A stretch of 64,000 nucleotides of DNA from the human T2T-CHM13v2.0 reference genome, Homo sapiens: NCBI RefSeq assembly GCF_009914755.1, contig NC_060927.1; one strand, given 5' to 3'. This document shows, one piece after another, positions 45,668-61,204 of this stretch. Positions within the stretch are counted from its first letter, which is position 1, and every line of letters begins with the position of its first letter. The translations under genes were made by a program, and so were the position numbers. The notes under the pieces were generated by a model that was not told the DNA's origin, did not search any database, and saw nothing but the letters and a program-made list of their open reading frames with translations.

Positions 45668-48600
45668 GGAGACTTCTGGTTTCAGTTCTGACATGTAAAG
45701 GACTTGGAAGTCATTACTCTCATCCTTACAACAAGAAAAAGGCTGAATGAACTGAAAATCAGTGACTTTTCTTGGATCCATCAGATAAGTAAGGTTAAAG
45801 GGAAACCTGCCACCCTGAAGTATGGAGAGAATTGTGAATCTAGAGAGTTACAGAAGAGGCCTACTCACCTGGAGTAGCTGTTGCTAGAGACGTACATTAA
45901 CATCAACCAAACAAATGGTCATTTTGTCAGATTGCTGGAGGCTGAGTGTGAACTAAAAGGCTTATGGTGTTGTGTCTAAGAACAAACCAACAAAGCAAGG
46001 TCACCTAGATTTTCTCCCATGTTATCTTCTAGGAATTTTATAGTTTTGCATTTTGCACTTAAGTCTCTGTCTAGAATCTTTTTATTTTCATATGGACGTC
46101 CAAATCTTACAATACCTAGTTTTGGAAACTATTCTCTTTTCTCCATTGAATTATTGCCTTTGTTTCTTTGCCATAGATTAGTTGACTCTATTTGTTTAGG
46201 TCTATATCTGGGCCACTCTATTCTGTTGTCTTGATCTATTTTTTCTATTCCTCCACTAACATTATGCTGTCTTGATTACTGTAGATATATGGTAAGCCTG
46301 GAAGTCAGATAGTGTCAGTCTTCTTTTTTGTTCTTCTTCAGTTTTGTGTTGACAATTCCAGGAGGTTTTTCAGTTGTTGATTCTTTTAGATTTTATACTT
46401 ACACAACCATGTCATCTGTGGACAAAGACAGATGATTTATTTCTTTCCCATATATATTTATATACCTTAATTTTCTTTTCTTATTTTACCAGTTATGACA
46501 TTTGGTACAATGCTGATAGGCGCGGTAAGAGAGAATGTGCTTGCCTTGTTCTTATTCTTAGTAGAAAAGCATACTGTTTCCCACCATGAAGTATAATGTT
46601 TGCTATGGGTTTTACATAGATACTTTCTGTCAAAATAAGGAAGTTCCCCATTATCCTAGCTTGCTGAGAATTTTTATCATGAGTGAGTGTTAGATTTTAT
46701 TAAATGCTATTTCAGCATCTGTTGGTATGGCTATATGATTTTCCTTTTAGTCTGTTGATGTGATGGGTTACATTGATTTTCAAATGTTGAAACAACTTTT
46801 CCTATCTGGGATAAATCTTTACTGATTGGGGTGTTTTTTTTTAATACATGATTGGATTCATTTTTCTAATACTTGTGGAGGATTTTTGCACCTATTTTTG
46901 TGAGAGATATTGGTCTGTAGTTTTCCATTCTTGTAATGTCTAATTGGCTTTAATATGGAGTAATACTGACCTGATAAAATGAGTTAGTAAGTTTTGCCTA
47001 TGTTTCTATTTTTTTGGAAAATATTGTAGACAATCACTATGATTTCTTCCTTAGGTATTATAATTCACTAGTGAAGCCATCTGGGCTTGGTGCCTCACTA
47101 TTATTATTTAGAAGGTTATTAAATATTAATTCAATATCTCAAGGCCTATTAACATTATCTATTTCTCCTCGTGTGAGTTTTGTAGTTTGTGTCTTTCTAG
47201 AAATTCATCCATTTTATCCAAGTTATCAAATTTGTGTGTAGGAAGTTGTTCATAATACTCCTTTATTATTCTTTTAATGTCCATGGAATTAGCAGTTTTG
47301 CCCCTATTTTATTTTGGCTATGAGTAATTTTGTCTTCTCTCTTTTCTTGTTTTGTTAGACTTGCTAGAGGTTTATCAGTTTTATTGATCTTTTCAAAAAC
47401 ACAGTTTGTAGCATATTGATTTTCTCTATTGTTTTCCTGTTTTAAACTTCAATGATGTCTGCTATAGTTTTTATCTCTTTTTTTTTTCTGGTTGCTTCAA
47501 GTTTATACTTGCCTTCTTTCTCCAATTTCCTAAGATGAAGTTTAGATTACAGATGTATATATCTTTTTTCTAACACATGGATTCAGTGCTATATTCTTCT
47601 AAATACTTTTGCTGCATTACACAAAATAGGGAATTATAACTTGCATTACTTTTATTTAGTTCAAAATATCTTTGATTTCTCTTGAGACTTTTTTGCCCCA
47701 CGTATTCTTTACGAGCATGTTGTATAACCTCCAAACAATTCACTATTTTCTATCTTTCATTAATAATTTCTAGTTTAATTGCTATTGATTTCTAGCATAT
47801 TTTGTATGATTTTTATTCTTTCAGATTTGTTCAGGGTGTGTTTTATGGATCAGAATGTGGCCCACCCTGGTGCATGCTCCTTGTGAGCATTTTGTTGTTG
47901 GATGGAGTATTCTATAACTGTCAGTTAGATTAAGTTGATCAAAAGTATTCTTCAGGTCAGCTCTATTCTAACTTTTGTTCTGTGAAAGACATCGTTAACA
48001 ATGAATGAAAAGGCAAGCCACAGACTGTGTGAAAATATTTGCAAAACATATATTTTATAAAGAATTTGCATCTAAAATATACAAAGAACTTTTCATATAT
48101 AACAATTTTAAAAATCTACTTAAAACATAGGCAAAGATCCGAACAGACACTTTACCAAAGAAAATACACAGATGGAAAATGAACATATGAAAATATGTTT
48201 AACACGATTGCCATTAAGAAAATGCAAATTAAAGTAATAATGAGGTACTAGTCCATACCTATTAAAATAGCTAAAAAAAATTCATGACAATACCAGTTTC
48301 TGGTGAAAATGTTGAGCAAGAGGACCTCTTGTTCATTGCTGGTGGGAATGTAAAATAGTGTGACTGCTTTGGAAGACAGTTTGGTAGCTTTTACGATTAA
48401 CATAGTCTGAACACATGATTGAACAATTATTTTCCTGGATATTTCCCAAATTGACTTGAAAAATATCTGCAGATATAATTATAGTAGCTTTATTCATAAC
48501 ACCAAAAGCTGCAATCAACCCAAATGCCATTCAATATATGAATGGATAAACAAACTGTGGTACATCCATACAATGAAACATTACTTAATGATTGAAAAGA

Positions 48601-50515
48601 AATGACCTGTCAAGCCATGAGAAGGCTAAGACATCTTTAATACATTTTTGTAATGAAAGAAGAAAGTTTGTAAAAGTTACATGCTGTGTAATTCCAATGA
48701 TGTAACATCCTGAAAAAGGCAAGACTATAGAGATAATTAAAAGATAAATACATGCCTAAAAGGTGGAGAGGGAGAGAGGAGTAAATATATGAATCACAGG
48801 CAATGTTTTAGGGTGGTGAAACTATTCTGTATGATAATATAATTGTGAATATATGCATTTGTCATACTCATTGAAATTTACAGTACAAAGAGTGAACATA
48901 TCTTAATGTGTGCAATTTTTAAGAAAATCATTTAAAAGGGTGAGAAAATCCCAGGACAGCATGCAAAATGTAATAAAATAAAACTGGATTACTAACATAT
49001 GAAACAACATCTTATATCAATGATATTGATACAGTTGGATTTATATCTGCCATTTTATGTTTTGTTTTCTGTACATTTCCTAATTTTTTGTCCCTCTATT
49101 CCTACTATAATCCTTTCTTTTGCATTAAGTGAATGCTTTCTAAACTAGCATTTTAACTCCTTGCATAATTTTTTACTATTTTTTGAGAGTTTTTAAAAAA
49201 TGATGGCTTTTTGATTTACCATACACAACTTATCACAATCAGCTCCACTTTTATGCTAGCATGTTTCCGGGGGCATATAGAGATACCACTTGTAGCTCTA
49301 GCTCTATTCCCTTTCTTCATTTTTTGTGTTATTGTTATACGTTTTACATCTATTAATGCTATGAATCCAACAACAAACACGTTATAATTATTATTTTGTT
49401 TTATTTTCTTTTTATCTTTTTAAAAGTTTTAGATTCAGGGGGTACCTGTGCAGGTTTGTTATATGGGTATATTATGTGATGTTGAGGTTTGGGGTACAGA
49501 AGGCCCTGTCACCCAGGTGGTGAGCATAGTACCCAATAGGTAGTTTTTCGGCTCATGCTTCCACACCCCCTAGTAGTCGCCAGTGTCTACTGTTCCCACC
49601 TCTATGTCCACGTGTATTCAATACTTAGCTCTCACTTATTAGGGAGAACATGCAGTCTTTGGTTTTCTGTTCCTTTGTTAATTTGCTTAGGATAATAATA
49701 ATTATTATGTTAAAATCTGTAGTCATTTTTTAGGCCAGTATAGTTTTGCTTCCATCCACCTACTTTGTACTATTATTAAATATTTGCAAATATATTCTAC
49801 TTCTGTATGTTATGCCCAATAATGAATTGTATACATACTGCTTGATGCAATTACTTTTTAAATCACTTAGAAAAGAAAGCATAAATATGCATTGGTACCA
49901 TCTTTTATAATTACATAATTACATGTAATAGTACTCTTTGTTTCTTCTTGTGGATTTGAATTACCATCTGGGGTCACTTACTTTCAGCCTGAAGACCTTC
50001 CTTTAGTATTTCCTGTAAGGCTAGTCAAGCATAGGCTTGATATGATGTGATGAAAATGGCACTTTACCTCAGTGGGTCTTCCCCTCAGAAAGTCGTAACA
50101 CAAATCAAATCATAAGAAAATGTCAGATAAATCCCAACAGAGGTACATTATACAAAATATAAAAATTTTTAAATTGCCAAGGTCATTAAAAACACGTAAT
50201 GTCCTGAGAATTGTCATAGCCAAGAGGAGCAGGAGTGGACATGGTGACTAAATGTGATGTGATATTCTGGATGAAACCCTGAAAACGAAAAGGGCACTTA
50301 AGTAAAAACTAAAGAAATATGGACAAAGTATGGGCTTTAGCTAATTATACTATATCATTACTGGTTCATTCATTATGACCAACATACCACACTCATGTTA
50401 AGATGTTAATGATAGGAGAAAATGAATGTCGGGTAGATGGGAACACTCTGTACTACTGTCACAATTTGACTACAAATTTTAAACTATTCTTCAATATAAA
50501 TTTTATTTTTAAAAG
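45668..50515. mobile_element. rearranged L1MC-like pieces: 45668-45955(+), 45960-47975(-), 47975-49010(+), 49015-50025(-), 50030-50515(+)
   Basis: 5'-end-like gacttctggtttcagttctgacatgtaa; reverse ORF2 motifs; forward ORF2 end (aatggataaacaaactgtggtacatccatac); L1MC3-like 3' UTR gatatgatgtgatgaaaatggcactttacctc. Confidence 0.8.
49395..49697 (-). mobile_element. short L1PA15/16-like 3' fragment
   Basis: ttttagattcagggggtac.tgtgcaggtttgtta...gagcatagtacccaataggtag; exact 11-bp TSD ataattattat at 49384-49394 and 49698-49708. Confidence 0.92.
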
Positions 50516-50569
50516 ACAAATAAATTAGAGATTCTTCAGTAGGGCAGCTCTCTCAGGATAAGACATTCC

Positions 50570-52460
<1,891 letters not shown>

Positions 52461-55400
52461 TAGTTGTAAATTACCATGTGAAAAAGATGATTAACCTTTA
52501 TACCACATTCCATTTTTGATATATTCAGACAATGAATAAATATCATGATGTCACAGACAATAACATCTGCTCTCTATTGAACACTGCCTAAGGGCAGTGT
52601 TCTCTTTAAATTAGCAATTCTTAGACTTTTTTCTTTCAGCAAAACATTATATGAGATGACAGATTCAAAGTACTCTTTCTTCAATGGAAAAAGAGATCAT
52701 TAGAATTAATGGCAAAACTAACCCTCTCTGAATGAAATATCTTAATAAAATGTTATCAGGGCTCCCTGGAATGTAAATAAATGATTGTCTGCTTCTGGAA
52801 CATACAACTAAAAACAGGCACAAAATCCATTGCCAGCAAGATACTTATTGATCATCAGTAATGCCTGTTTGTGAATCATCGTTTGATCCCTAACAAATGC
52901 TCAGCATAAGGTAATCAATAAATGATTTGATAAGCACATGAATGGATGGAACTAAATCTCATGGTACCCTAAATAGTGACCTATAGTCAAGATCCTCTAA
53001 TGTAGTTAATTGAAAGAGAGTAAGGAGAAAACATCTATTTATAAGAAAAGTTGTTGTAAAGGCTTGCCTGTGGAATGCACCTTTTTCATCAAAGCAAAGG
53101 AGATAGAAATTTCCTAATCAATGTAACCCCTCCCCTGACCACAGTAAAAAGAGAATAAGAAAGAGGGAAGTGGGAGGAAAAATTAATTGAAGAAATCATG
53201 TGGTTTTTTGCAACAATTTTGTCAATTTTCAGCATTCCCCTTGCCTTTGACTTGACTTGCATTTGTCTACATGGACCCGAGACAGTGACTTACTACTGCA
53301 TAATTGATAAAGCTAGGTCTCCATCCGTAGGGGTTTCTAGATTAAAGAGCAATATAGATTAAATTCTCATATGTGGTATCTGTATACTCAGCTACAAACA
53401 TACACATCGATGAGTACTTGCTTAAACAGTCACTGATTTTCTTTACATTCCCATAACATGTCAATTAATGTCTATAATAAAGGCTAAAATAGTTCTAAAT
53501 CCTGGGAAAATCTTAATGGGGGGAAAATATATTTGCATTGTCTCCCCGGATAGAAGAATGTTTAGCCAGAAGTTTCTTGCTGATCTGTACCATTTGGCGG
53601 ATTGGAACTATTTCTGGAGGAGTATGTGACATAATATTTTAATTTAGGCAACTCTGAGTGCAACCAACAAAAAAAAATCAGATATTTGGAGAAGGTTAAT
53701 AAAGCTGCCCCTGGGCTCCTTCACATGCCCCAGGAGTCCTTACGATCTGTGCTGTGACCATGTGCTCCTGTGACATGTGGCACAGCTCACTTCTGTGGTT
53801 ATTACAGTGACAATAGCAACTGGCTGAATGTTACTGTATGCACAGCTGCTTCCACTAATTCTAAAACCCCAAACCACAGAGAGATGTCTCCCAGGGATTG
53901 TAGAATGAAGAGCAACCATTCTGGTGGATATAATTGAAAACAGAATGTCCTTTTGCACTCTGTAAAATCAAAAGCTGTGATAACAGATCCACCTAAAAAT
54001 GACCTAGAAAACTGAATGTATAGATTCAGATGCACATGGCAGGAAAGCAAGAAAAGGACTTGACTGAAGAGACTGAAATAGATGAGGGAGGTAGCCTCGG
54101 GCCCAGGATGTGTGGTCCTCTCTGGTTGGAAGCAAAGAATAATATAGAGAAGAGGGTGTTCCTTCTCAGCAAAGGGAAGAGACATAGATGTTCCACAAAT
54201 GAGCCACTTTTCTCTAAACTTCAATCCTGATGGCTTGGCCTGAGGATAACCTAGGTGCAATGTAATGCACTGCACATCCAGGAACATTGACTTCAGAGAG
54301 CAGTAGTTATTATTACTAATGGGAGGCATTACTTTTTTTGTTTTTTTGTTTGTTTGTTTGTTTGTCTGTTTTTAGCAGCAATGACATTTCACTTCTCCCC
54401 TAATCTAGGTGAAAAAATATATATAGAATATGGTTCGTTTGTTTAAAAAAAAAAAAAAAAAGAATGGCTCCTTCGGAAAATGCTTTCTGTTGTTGCATCC
54501 CAGTTCGGGGAAGAGTTTCAGGGGTAAGTTATCTTGCACATGCTTTTTTCATCGTGCCTCCCAGTCTTTTTTATTTCTGAATCATCAAATTCCTTCTTTC
54601 ATTTTAAATTAGTTGGTCTGAGGAAAACATATTCTTCATGCTAAAAGTCTATGAGAATTTCCACTTGATTTCACTATGTTGAGCGAGGGTATATTCTTGA
54701 GCAAAGGTATTATTTTCTATTTTTAAGTGAGGTTTAAGCATGTCGATTGAACTAATAGCTAACCAAGCTCTACTATGTTCCAAGTACCATGCTGAATACT
54801 GGAACATGCATTATAATTAAACATAAATATATGCTCACAGCCCCTAAAATCTATAGCATCATCACATTTAAATGAGAAGGCAGCATATGCAGAATAGGGT
54901 AGCATTAAAATAATGGTTTCTTTTCAAAATAAGTTCAATAAGATGCTTCTAAAAGATCAAATTGTGGAGAAAAATGACTTTTTTTACATCAAGAATTACT
55001 TCACATTTTTATTCAAGTTCTGTTAACTTTCCCTAAGCTGATAGAGCAGTAGACAATAATCGGTAAAAGCTGTTTCCTGAAGCTGGTGCCTGTTATGAAC
55101 AACACTCTACCTTGTAACTGTTCAGTCTTCTTGCTCTGCGGACCAGCTACCCAGTGGCGCAGCCTGGTTGGCCCATTAACTCTGCTCAGGGCATGCTTTA
55201 TCATTACTAAACGGCCTCAATTCCCAATTACAGGGTAATGGCATCATTAGTTTTTCCATCATTATTTGGTCATAATGATAAGAAACAGAAAATATTGTAG
55301 AAAATTGGGGAGAATTTGGGCACTTTACAGCCCTGGTTTTTACGAACATATCCATACACACCTGCACACTTCAGTTCATTAACAGAGACAGAAACTCTTT

Positions 55401-55959
55401 TTCTGATACTCATAGTTACTAATAAAAATCAATTGCAATTGAAGGAGAAAGCAATGGGGAATGATCATGTTACCTTTTCTGTTCGGTATGACTCTAAACA
55501 GAAGCTGTATCTAGGAAAGTTCAGATTTAAAATATTATTTTTTCTTTCCTACAGGGTTTCTAACATCTAAGAAGCAGATCCTTAAGAAGAAAAAAATGTC
55601 ACTTTTCAACACATTTATATCTCAGAAAAACTCATATTCACCTTCCATTTACTGGAATATTATCTTCTTATGTTAAATTTAAAAACAAAAATATTTGGAC
55701 ATCTGGTCCTGATTAGATTAACATAAAAAAACCAATCTAGGAAGAAAATTGTTAAAGTTTATTTCTCCATGCTTTGTAAGAGATGTCATTTCTAATAAAA
55801 CTATGGTACTTATGATTTAATAACTAACTGATTTCACTTTGCATTTATGCCACCATCATAACTCAACTTTTTAGAAAGTGTTTTATGTTTTATGTTCTAT
55901 GGTGAACACTTCCCATCAGTGTGGCATATTTTAATAATCATAGTTATAAACTAATACTT

Positions 55960-56085
55960 TTGTAACAGTTTGCAATTTTCAAAGCACTTTGAGATAAGAC
56001 CTCATACTATCCTCAAAAACACTCCATCTGTAGTGTAGACATAATAGATATTGTCTCCATCTTCAGATGAGGAAATGAAGCCATT
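55960..56085 (-). mobile_element. MIR fragment
   Basis: caattttcaaagcacttt...atcctcaaaaac...ctccatcttcagatgaggaaatgaag. Confidence 0.65.
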
Positions 56086-57489
56086 TGACTTCTTGATTCA
56101 GTCTTTGAACTTAGTCTTTTTAGTATTACTCTATCAGAGCTTTATCTATCCATCTCTATATATTTGCCATCAAATTTTTGTTTTAATTTTTGGAAAGTTT
56201 CTTTAGATTATTATTTTCTTTTTTCTAAATTCAAGTTCTTCCCGTCTCTGGCTGTAGGGGGCCTCCTTAGATGTGGTGAACATTTTTTTCCCAAGGGCTT
56301 ATTTGTGTACCTGGCAGGTATACAGAAAACTTTCCCAGTACCAAGAAGCATCTTCATAGATGTCAATCAACAACGTGTCTACCAGCCCCAGAATGGACCA
56401 CACTCAATTCAAACCTTATTTTGAGTTCCCGTCTCCTACTGGTAGCCAGGGAGAACAAACTCACATTTACCAATTATTATACCAAAATGCAGTTTTAAAA
56501 TTATCGTGTCTAATTGTATCATATTTTTGTCTTCTTTCTTGATTTCAGACTACTCGTCTAACTACTTATGACAATCATTTTCCGACTTCTAAATTAATAA
56601 TAAATTGTTCTTATAAATTAATTCTAGTAATTAATATATAAAATACCCAAGCTTTAAAGAGCCTGATAGGTTTTTTTTTTTTTTTTTTTTTTTGGTAGGG
56701 TGATTCACCCTTTGTGTGTTGGTTTTGAGCTCATATTTTGCTGTTAAAACATTTTAATTTCTGCTATTTTTACATTTTCAATGATATTCTTGACATTTGA
56801 GATTACTAATTATTTTCTGAACACATGAAGAATTACTGTAAATGAAGCATTACTGTGTGGCTTTTGGTGAGTTTGATCTACATGCTATCATCATTTATAT
56901 TTTTACTCTTCTGGCGAGATTTTTGACTCAAAAGAAAAGAACTACTTCAACACAATCACTGACCCTTATGTATTATTCAAAGTTCAACAAGATTCTCTTT
57001 AAAAAGGGAAAATTTGCAATTTGCTCTCTCACTTTGCCCCTTATTCTATAAAGCTTCACAAAGATGTTTTTAACAGCACGACTAGCTTTGTTCCCAGGTA
57101 TGCTCAAAAACAACTAGTTTTGTCTGTGAGATGTAGAAACCTTTCTATATTTATGAGTTATAATGAAATAGTTCACCTCATTGAGGAATTGTGATGAATT
57201 ATTTCTGGTTTTACACATAAGTATTGATAGCATTAAATTTAGAAGGTAGTATCTTTGGAATTGACTTTTACATCACAAAGTGCCCATTTGGTTCACATAT
57301 GAGACTTATTTAAAGACAAGTCTCCACATTGTTACTGAACATTCTTTGAAAATATCACAGGTCTATAACTGGGGCTATCTGAGTAGTATAACAAGTTCTC
57401 TTCAGAATAATATTGGGTTCCATGCTCCATTTATTTATGTTTCATTTAGAGGAACATTACAGAACAAGGAATAACAATAGTATAAATGG

Positions 57490-57700
57490 TAAAACAGTTA
57501 GGTGTAATGATTAAGTTTGCAAAAACGTGAGTTAAAATTCTAGCTCTGCTACTTACCAGCTATGTGTCCTGTCAAATCTCCAACTCTCATTCTATCTACC
57601 CAACAGGCCATTGGGGTAAAATGAAGGCAAGTTGTGTAAAACACTTAGTACCTGACGTATTTTTATTGAATGTCCTCAATATATGGTAAATTATATTATT
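57490..57700 (+). mobile_element. MIR fragment
   Basis: gagttaaaattctagctctgctacttaccagctatgtg...tgtaaaacacttagta. Confidence 0.65.
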
Positions 57701-57859
57701 ATGGTTTTTGCTGCTGTGGTTAGATATTTAGTTATGTTTTTTGATGCTGAAGGCATGGTATATATGAATATGCTTGTCTTATGGAGATAAAACTTTAAAA
57801 CTCTTAAAGTCTTTGGAAAATGCACATAAACTCAAAGAGAAATTCCATTTAGGATAAAT

Positions 57860-57905
57860 AAGAATATTCTATTTACATCAGAAAAGAATATTCTATTTAC
57901 ATCAG
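57860..57905. repeat. 22-bp direct repeat, 24-bp period
   Basis: aagaatattctatttacatcag at 57860-57881 and 57884-57905. Confidence 0.95.
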
Positions 57906-60900
57906 CTTAGCCTCTTCAATCTAAAATTCTCAAGAATACTCAGGATTTCTAGTCCTTCAGAATTATTCCTCCTCCAATATTGCTTCTCATTTATTCTTAC
58001 TAAACATTTTCACTGTGTTCAAGTACTCAGCAATCCACAGTGCTCATCCTTCCTTCTTAGGATGTCTGATAATTAGAAAATGCCTTCTCTGTTTGAATTA
58101 TGCTCTTTCTTGCTTCACTTAATTGAGTCTAGTTCTATGTCATGAAAGCTATACAAAATGAATTTAAACTCAGTTCTATCTAATAATACTTTTGATATGT
58201 TTTTGAAAATAGCTATTATATATCTCCTCCCCTTCGTGTCCTCTCCTCTTTATATGACATGCTTCCAAGTTTAAGATGGTTTCTCATCAATTCAGTCTCT
58301 CAGTACCTCTTTACCAAGGCTGTTCATGTTTTCACATAAGCAGACACAATACCTGAGAAGCTCATGATAAAGAACCCCATCTGGCAGCCATCGCTGCATC
58401 ACTGCTTCCTTTCTTGTACTTTTGTCATCACTACGTACTGCCAACCACACTGTGCCACTGGCCAATAAAAGAGTTTCAATTTCTTATCTATTTAAGTTAC
58501 ACCCTACTCAAACCTTATCCCCACCATGAATTCAATGGTCTTATTGCTGATCTCACACATAAAGCATTATAGTTACCTATTTCATTTTTTCATTATTACA
58601 TTTGGTCAATTGAAATCTCTTTCAGATTTTGATCTTTTCATGTAAAATATTTGATATAGCAGAACAGATTACTGTCTATAAGTGACATTACAGCCTAAAC
58701 CTCCATTCTAGTTGATGCTTATTATCATCAATACTCCTTTTGATTAATAGTTAAAGTGTCTGCAAATTCACTTGATAAAAGAGGAATAGGATTTAATAAT
58801 GAATAGGAGTTTTTTCTCCCTATCCCTTCACCTCACCTTCTATCATCTTCCAACCTCCATTTAAGAGAGTTTTATCTTTGCAGATAGTCTCTGATCTGTA
58901 ATGTAAAATCAGGAAAAAAAGGCATTGTAAATGTGGGAAGAAAGGGAAACAGTAGAACTGATCTGAGACTAAGGTGGTATAGAAAAGAAAGAGTAGGGAC
59001 TGATGGAAATATAGATTGGAAATCATTTTTAATTTTGTTGGTTGAGCTGCTCTTATGTAAATCTTAGAGAAACTGGTATTTGTGGACGGCAAGTTGTACA
59101 ATTATCCTGCATGCATTGTTCCATTTTATCTTTAGAAAATAATTTTTAAACATTTTCAAATGCACATCTTCCAAAATTTTGTAAATATTTTTATTTCATA
59201 AAATGTAAATTTTATGTAAAAGCTGTACCTCTAATAAACATGTAATATGTAAAAAAAAAATTTCAAATGGTTTTCTAGGTCAAAAAAACCCACATCTGCT
59301 GTAATTAGTTGTTGTTTTGTAGGTTTTTTTTTTCCAATTTACAGATCCATGGACTTGTTTGTACCAAGAAATAAGAACATCATACCATCTGACGAACTGT
59401 GGATCATTTAGTCTGTGCTTTCACTTTCGAGCAAAAGTCCATCTAAACTTGCATGTGAACTAAGTTTACTATATTTTATGCCTTTGTCTTTTCTTATTTC
59501 AAAATGCAAAAAGATTTCAATAAATTTGCAAATAAAGTTCAGAGACATTTGTAAAAAAACTGAATTGAGAATAGAGACTACTTTAATTTAAAAGTACTTC
59601 ATAAATGGATAAATCTGAATAAACATTTTACGATATATTCAACAGTTAATTCTTAGCTGTAAGAGGGCTTAAGTGGACACAAAATTGCAAAACTTAGACT
59701 TATTTACTTTTATAGAATGCTCAAATATAAATGTTAATATCATTAACAGATTTCACCTGTGTGGTCTCACCCACTACAAACCATCACACACATGATACAG
59801 TACCTTTGCACCTGGTTGAGTGAACTGGGAAACTGAAAAAATAACTTGGGATTTAGATCACATAAATGATTTCTTAAATATTGATCAACACCTCCATCTT
59901 CATTTGTCTATGTCGATACAACACAATTATCATTGCTTTTCTTTCTTTAGTCATGAAATATATTAATGGAAATATGCAAGCATTATACTTTTATGTAGAC
60001 AATATGTATGTATTGTATAACATTTCCAATTGAGCTGACTTTCTAATTCTTATCAGAATACACTAACAGCAACTTAGTTCCCTAAAAGATGTCACATCTG
60101 CTCTCATGTCTCAAGCTAACTTTGTCACCTCTGGGTTTCTGTTATTATGGCCCTGGGCAAGTTACTTCACACCTCTGTGTCTTCATTGCTCAGATGAGAT
60201 GACTGGTCTAAATGATCACTTCTTGCTTTAATCTTTTATTATTGGATGATATCACAGTGATTATCTAGTTCTTCTTAGCAGCTGGGACTTAACCAAGACA
60301 GGTCAAGTATTTTTAAAAATGACAAAAACAAAACAAAATACTATGGTTTCACTGCCACTTTTTCAAAGTGACATCCTGTTCTTGGGAATGAGAATTGATG
60401 ATGTCAATCTAAATATGAAGAAAAACAAATCAATAGAATTCTCTGACATGAATTGACCCACTGGGTGTATTAGCATCATAATTTTGTTATGGGCATTTTG
60501 GAAGAATGTCAGCATAACTCCTGAAGAAGAGGGGCCTAGGGCAGGATATGACAAAGAAAAGAAACTACAGGTACTTTAATTGTGAAAGGATCAGCAGGTG
60601 CCAAGGAAGAAAACCAAATTATTCCTAACATAAGCAAGATATAGTAGAAATAAATGAGACATAGGAAAATGAGAGCTACTTTGAGTAAATTGCTCGAAGA
60701 CCTCAGAGCCATCATAACCAGCTTAACGTAATACAGAAGAAATAGTTTTGCAATAAATCTCCTCTATTCATTTTATTGTAAGCCAAATGTAAATCTTCAG
60801 TTAAGTTCCTTAGGATGAAAATCATCTTTAGGAAATGTTTCTATTCATCATCTTCACACTAGTATAAAGGAATAATTTTGGTGAATAGAAATTAAGAAAA

Positions 60901-61204
60901 GAAAGTGGGGCAAATTGTTTGCCATTTCAAATGATCATGAACATGTTAGATCTGTTTATAAGAACAGCAAGAGCTGATATTGGGCAAAATTGCAAATGAG
61001 CAGTGCCTTTTTTACCCCTGATATTTGCCCCTCTATTTCTTTCCACCCCCACTGTACGAGTATTTTTATGACAGCTACACTCTATATGCGTTTATTTGCA
61101 CAATCTAAGCTCCACGGACCTTGTGTGACCTTCCCTTGCCTTCCAGACTTTACAATATGGCTCACATGGTTTCATGTTACATTTTCATGCCCATAAAAGT
61201 AAGG

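Noticed and set aside
53802-54329. 175-aa minus-strand ORF in unique DNA
   Set aside because: No recognisable domain or exon structure; consistent with a chance ORF.
57930-58900. Possible CR1/L3 relic (and a possible old LTR at ~5760-6170)
   Set aside because: Too diverged to assign by eye; needs a Dfam HMM search.
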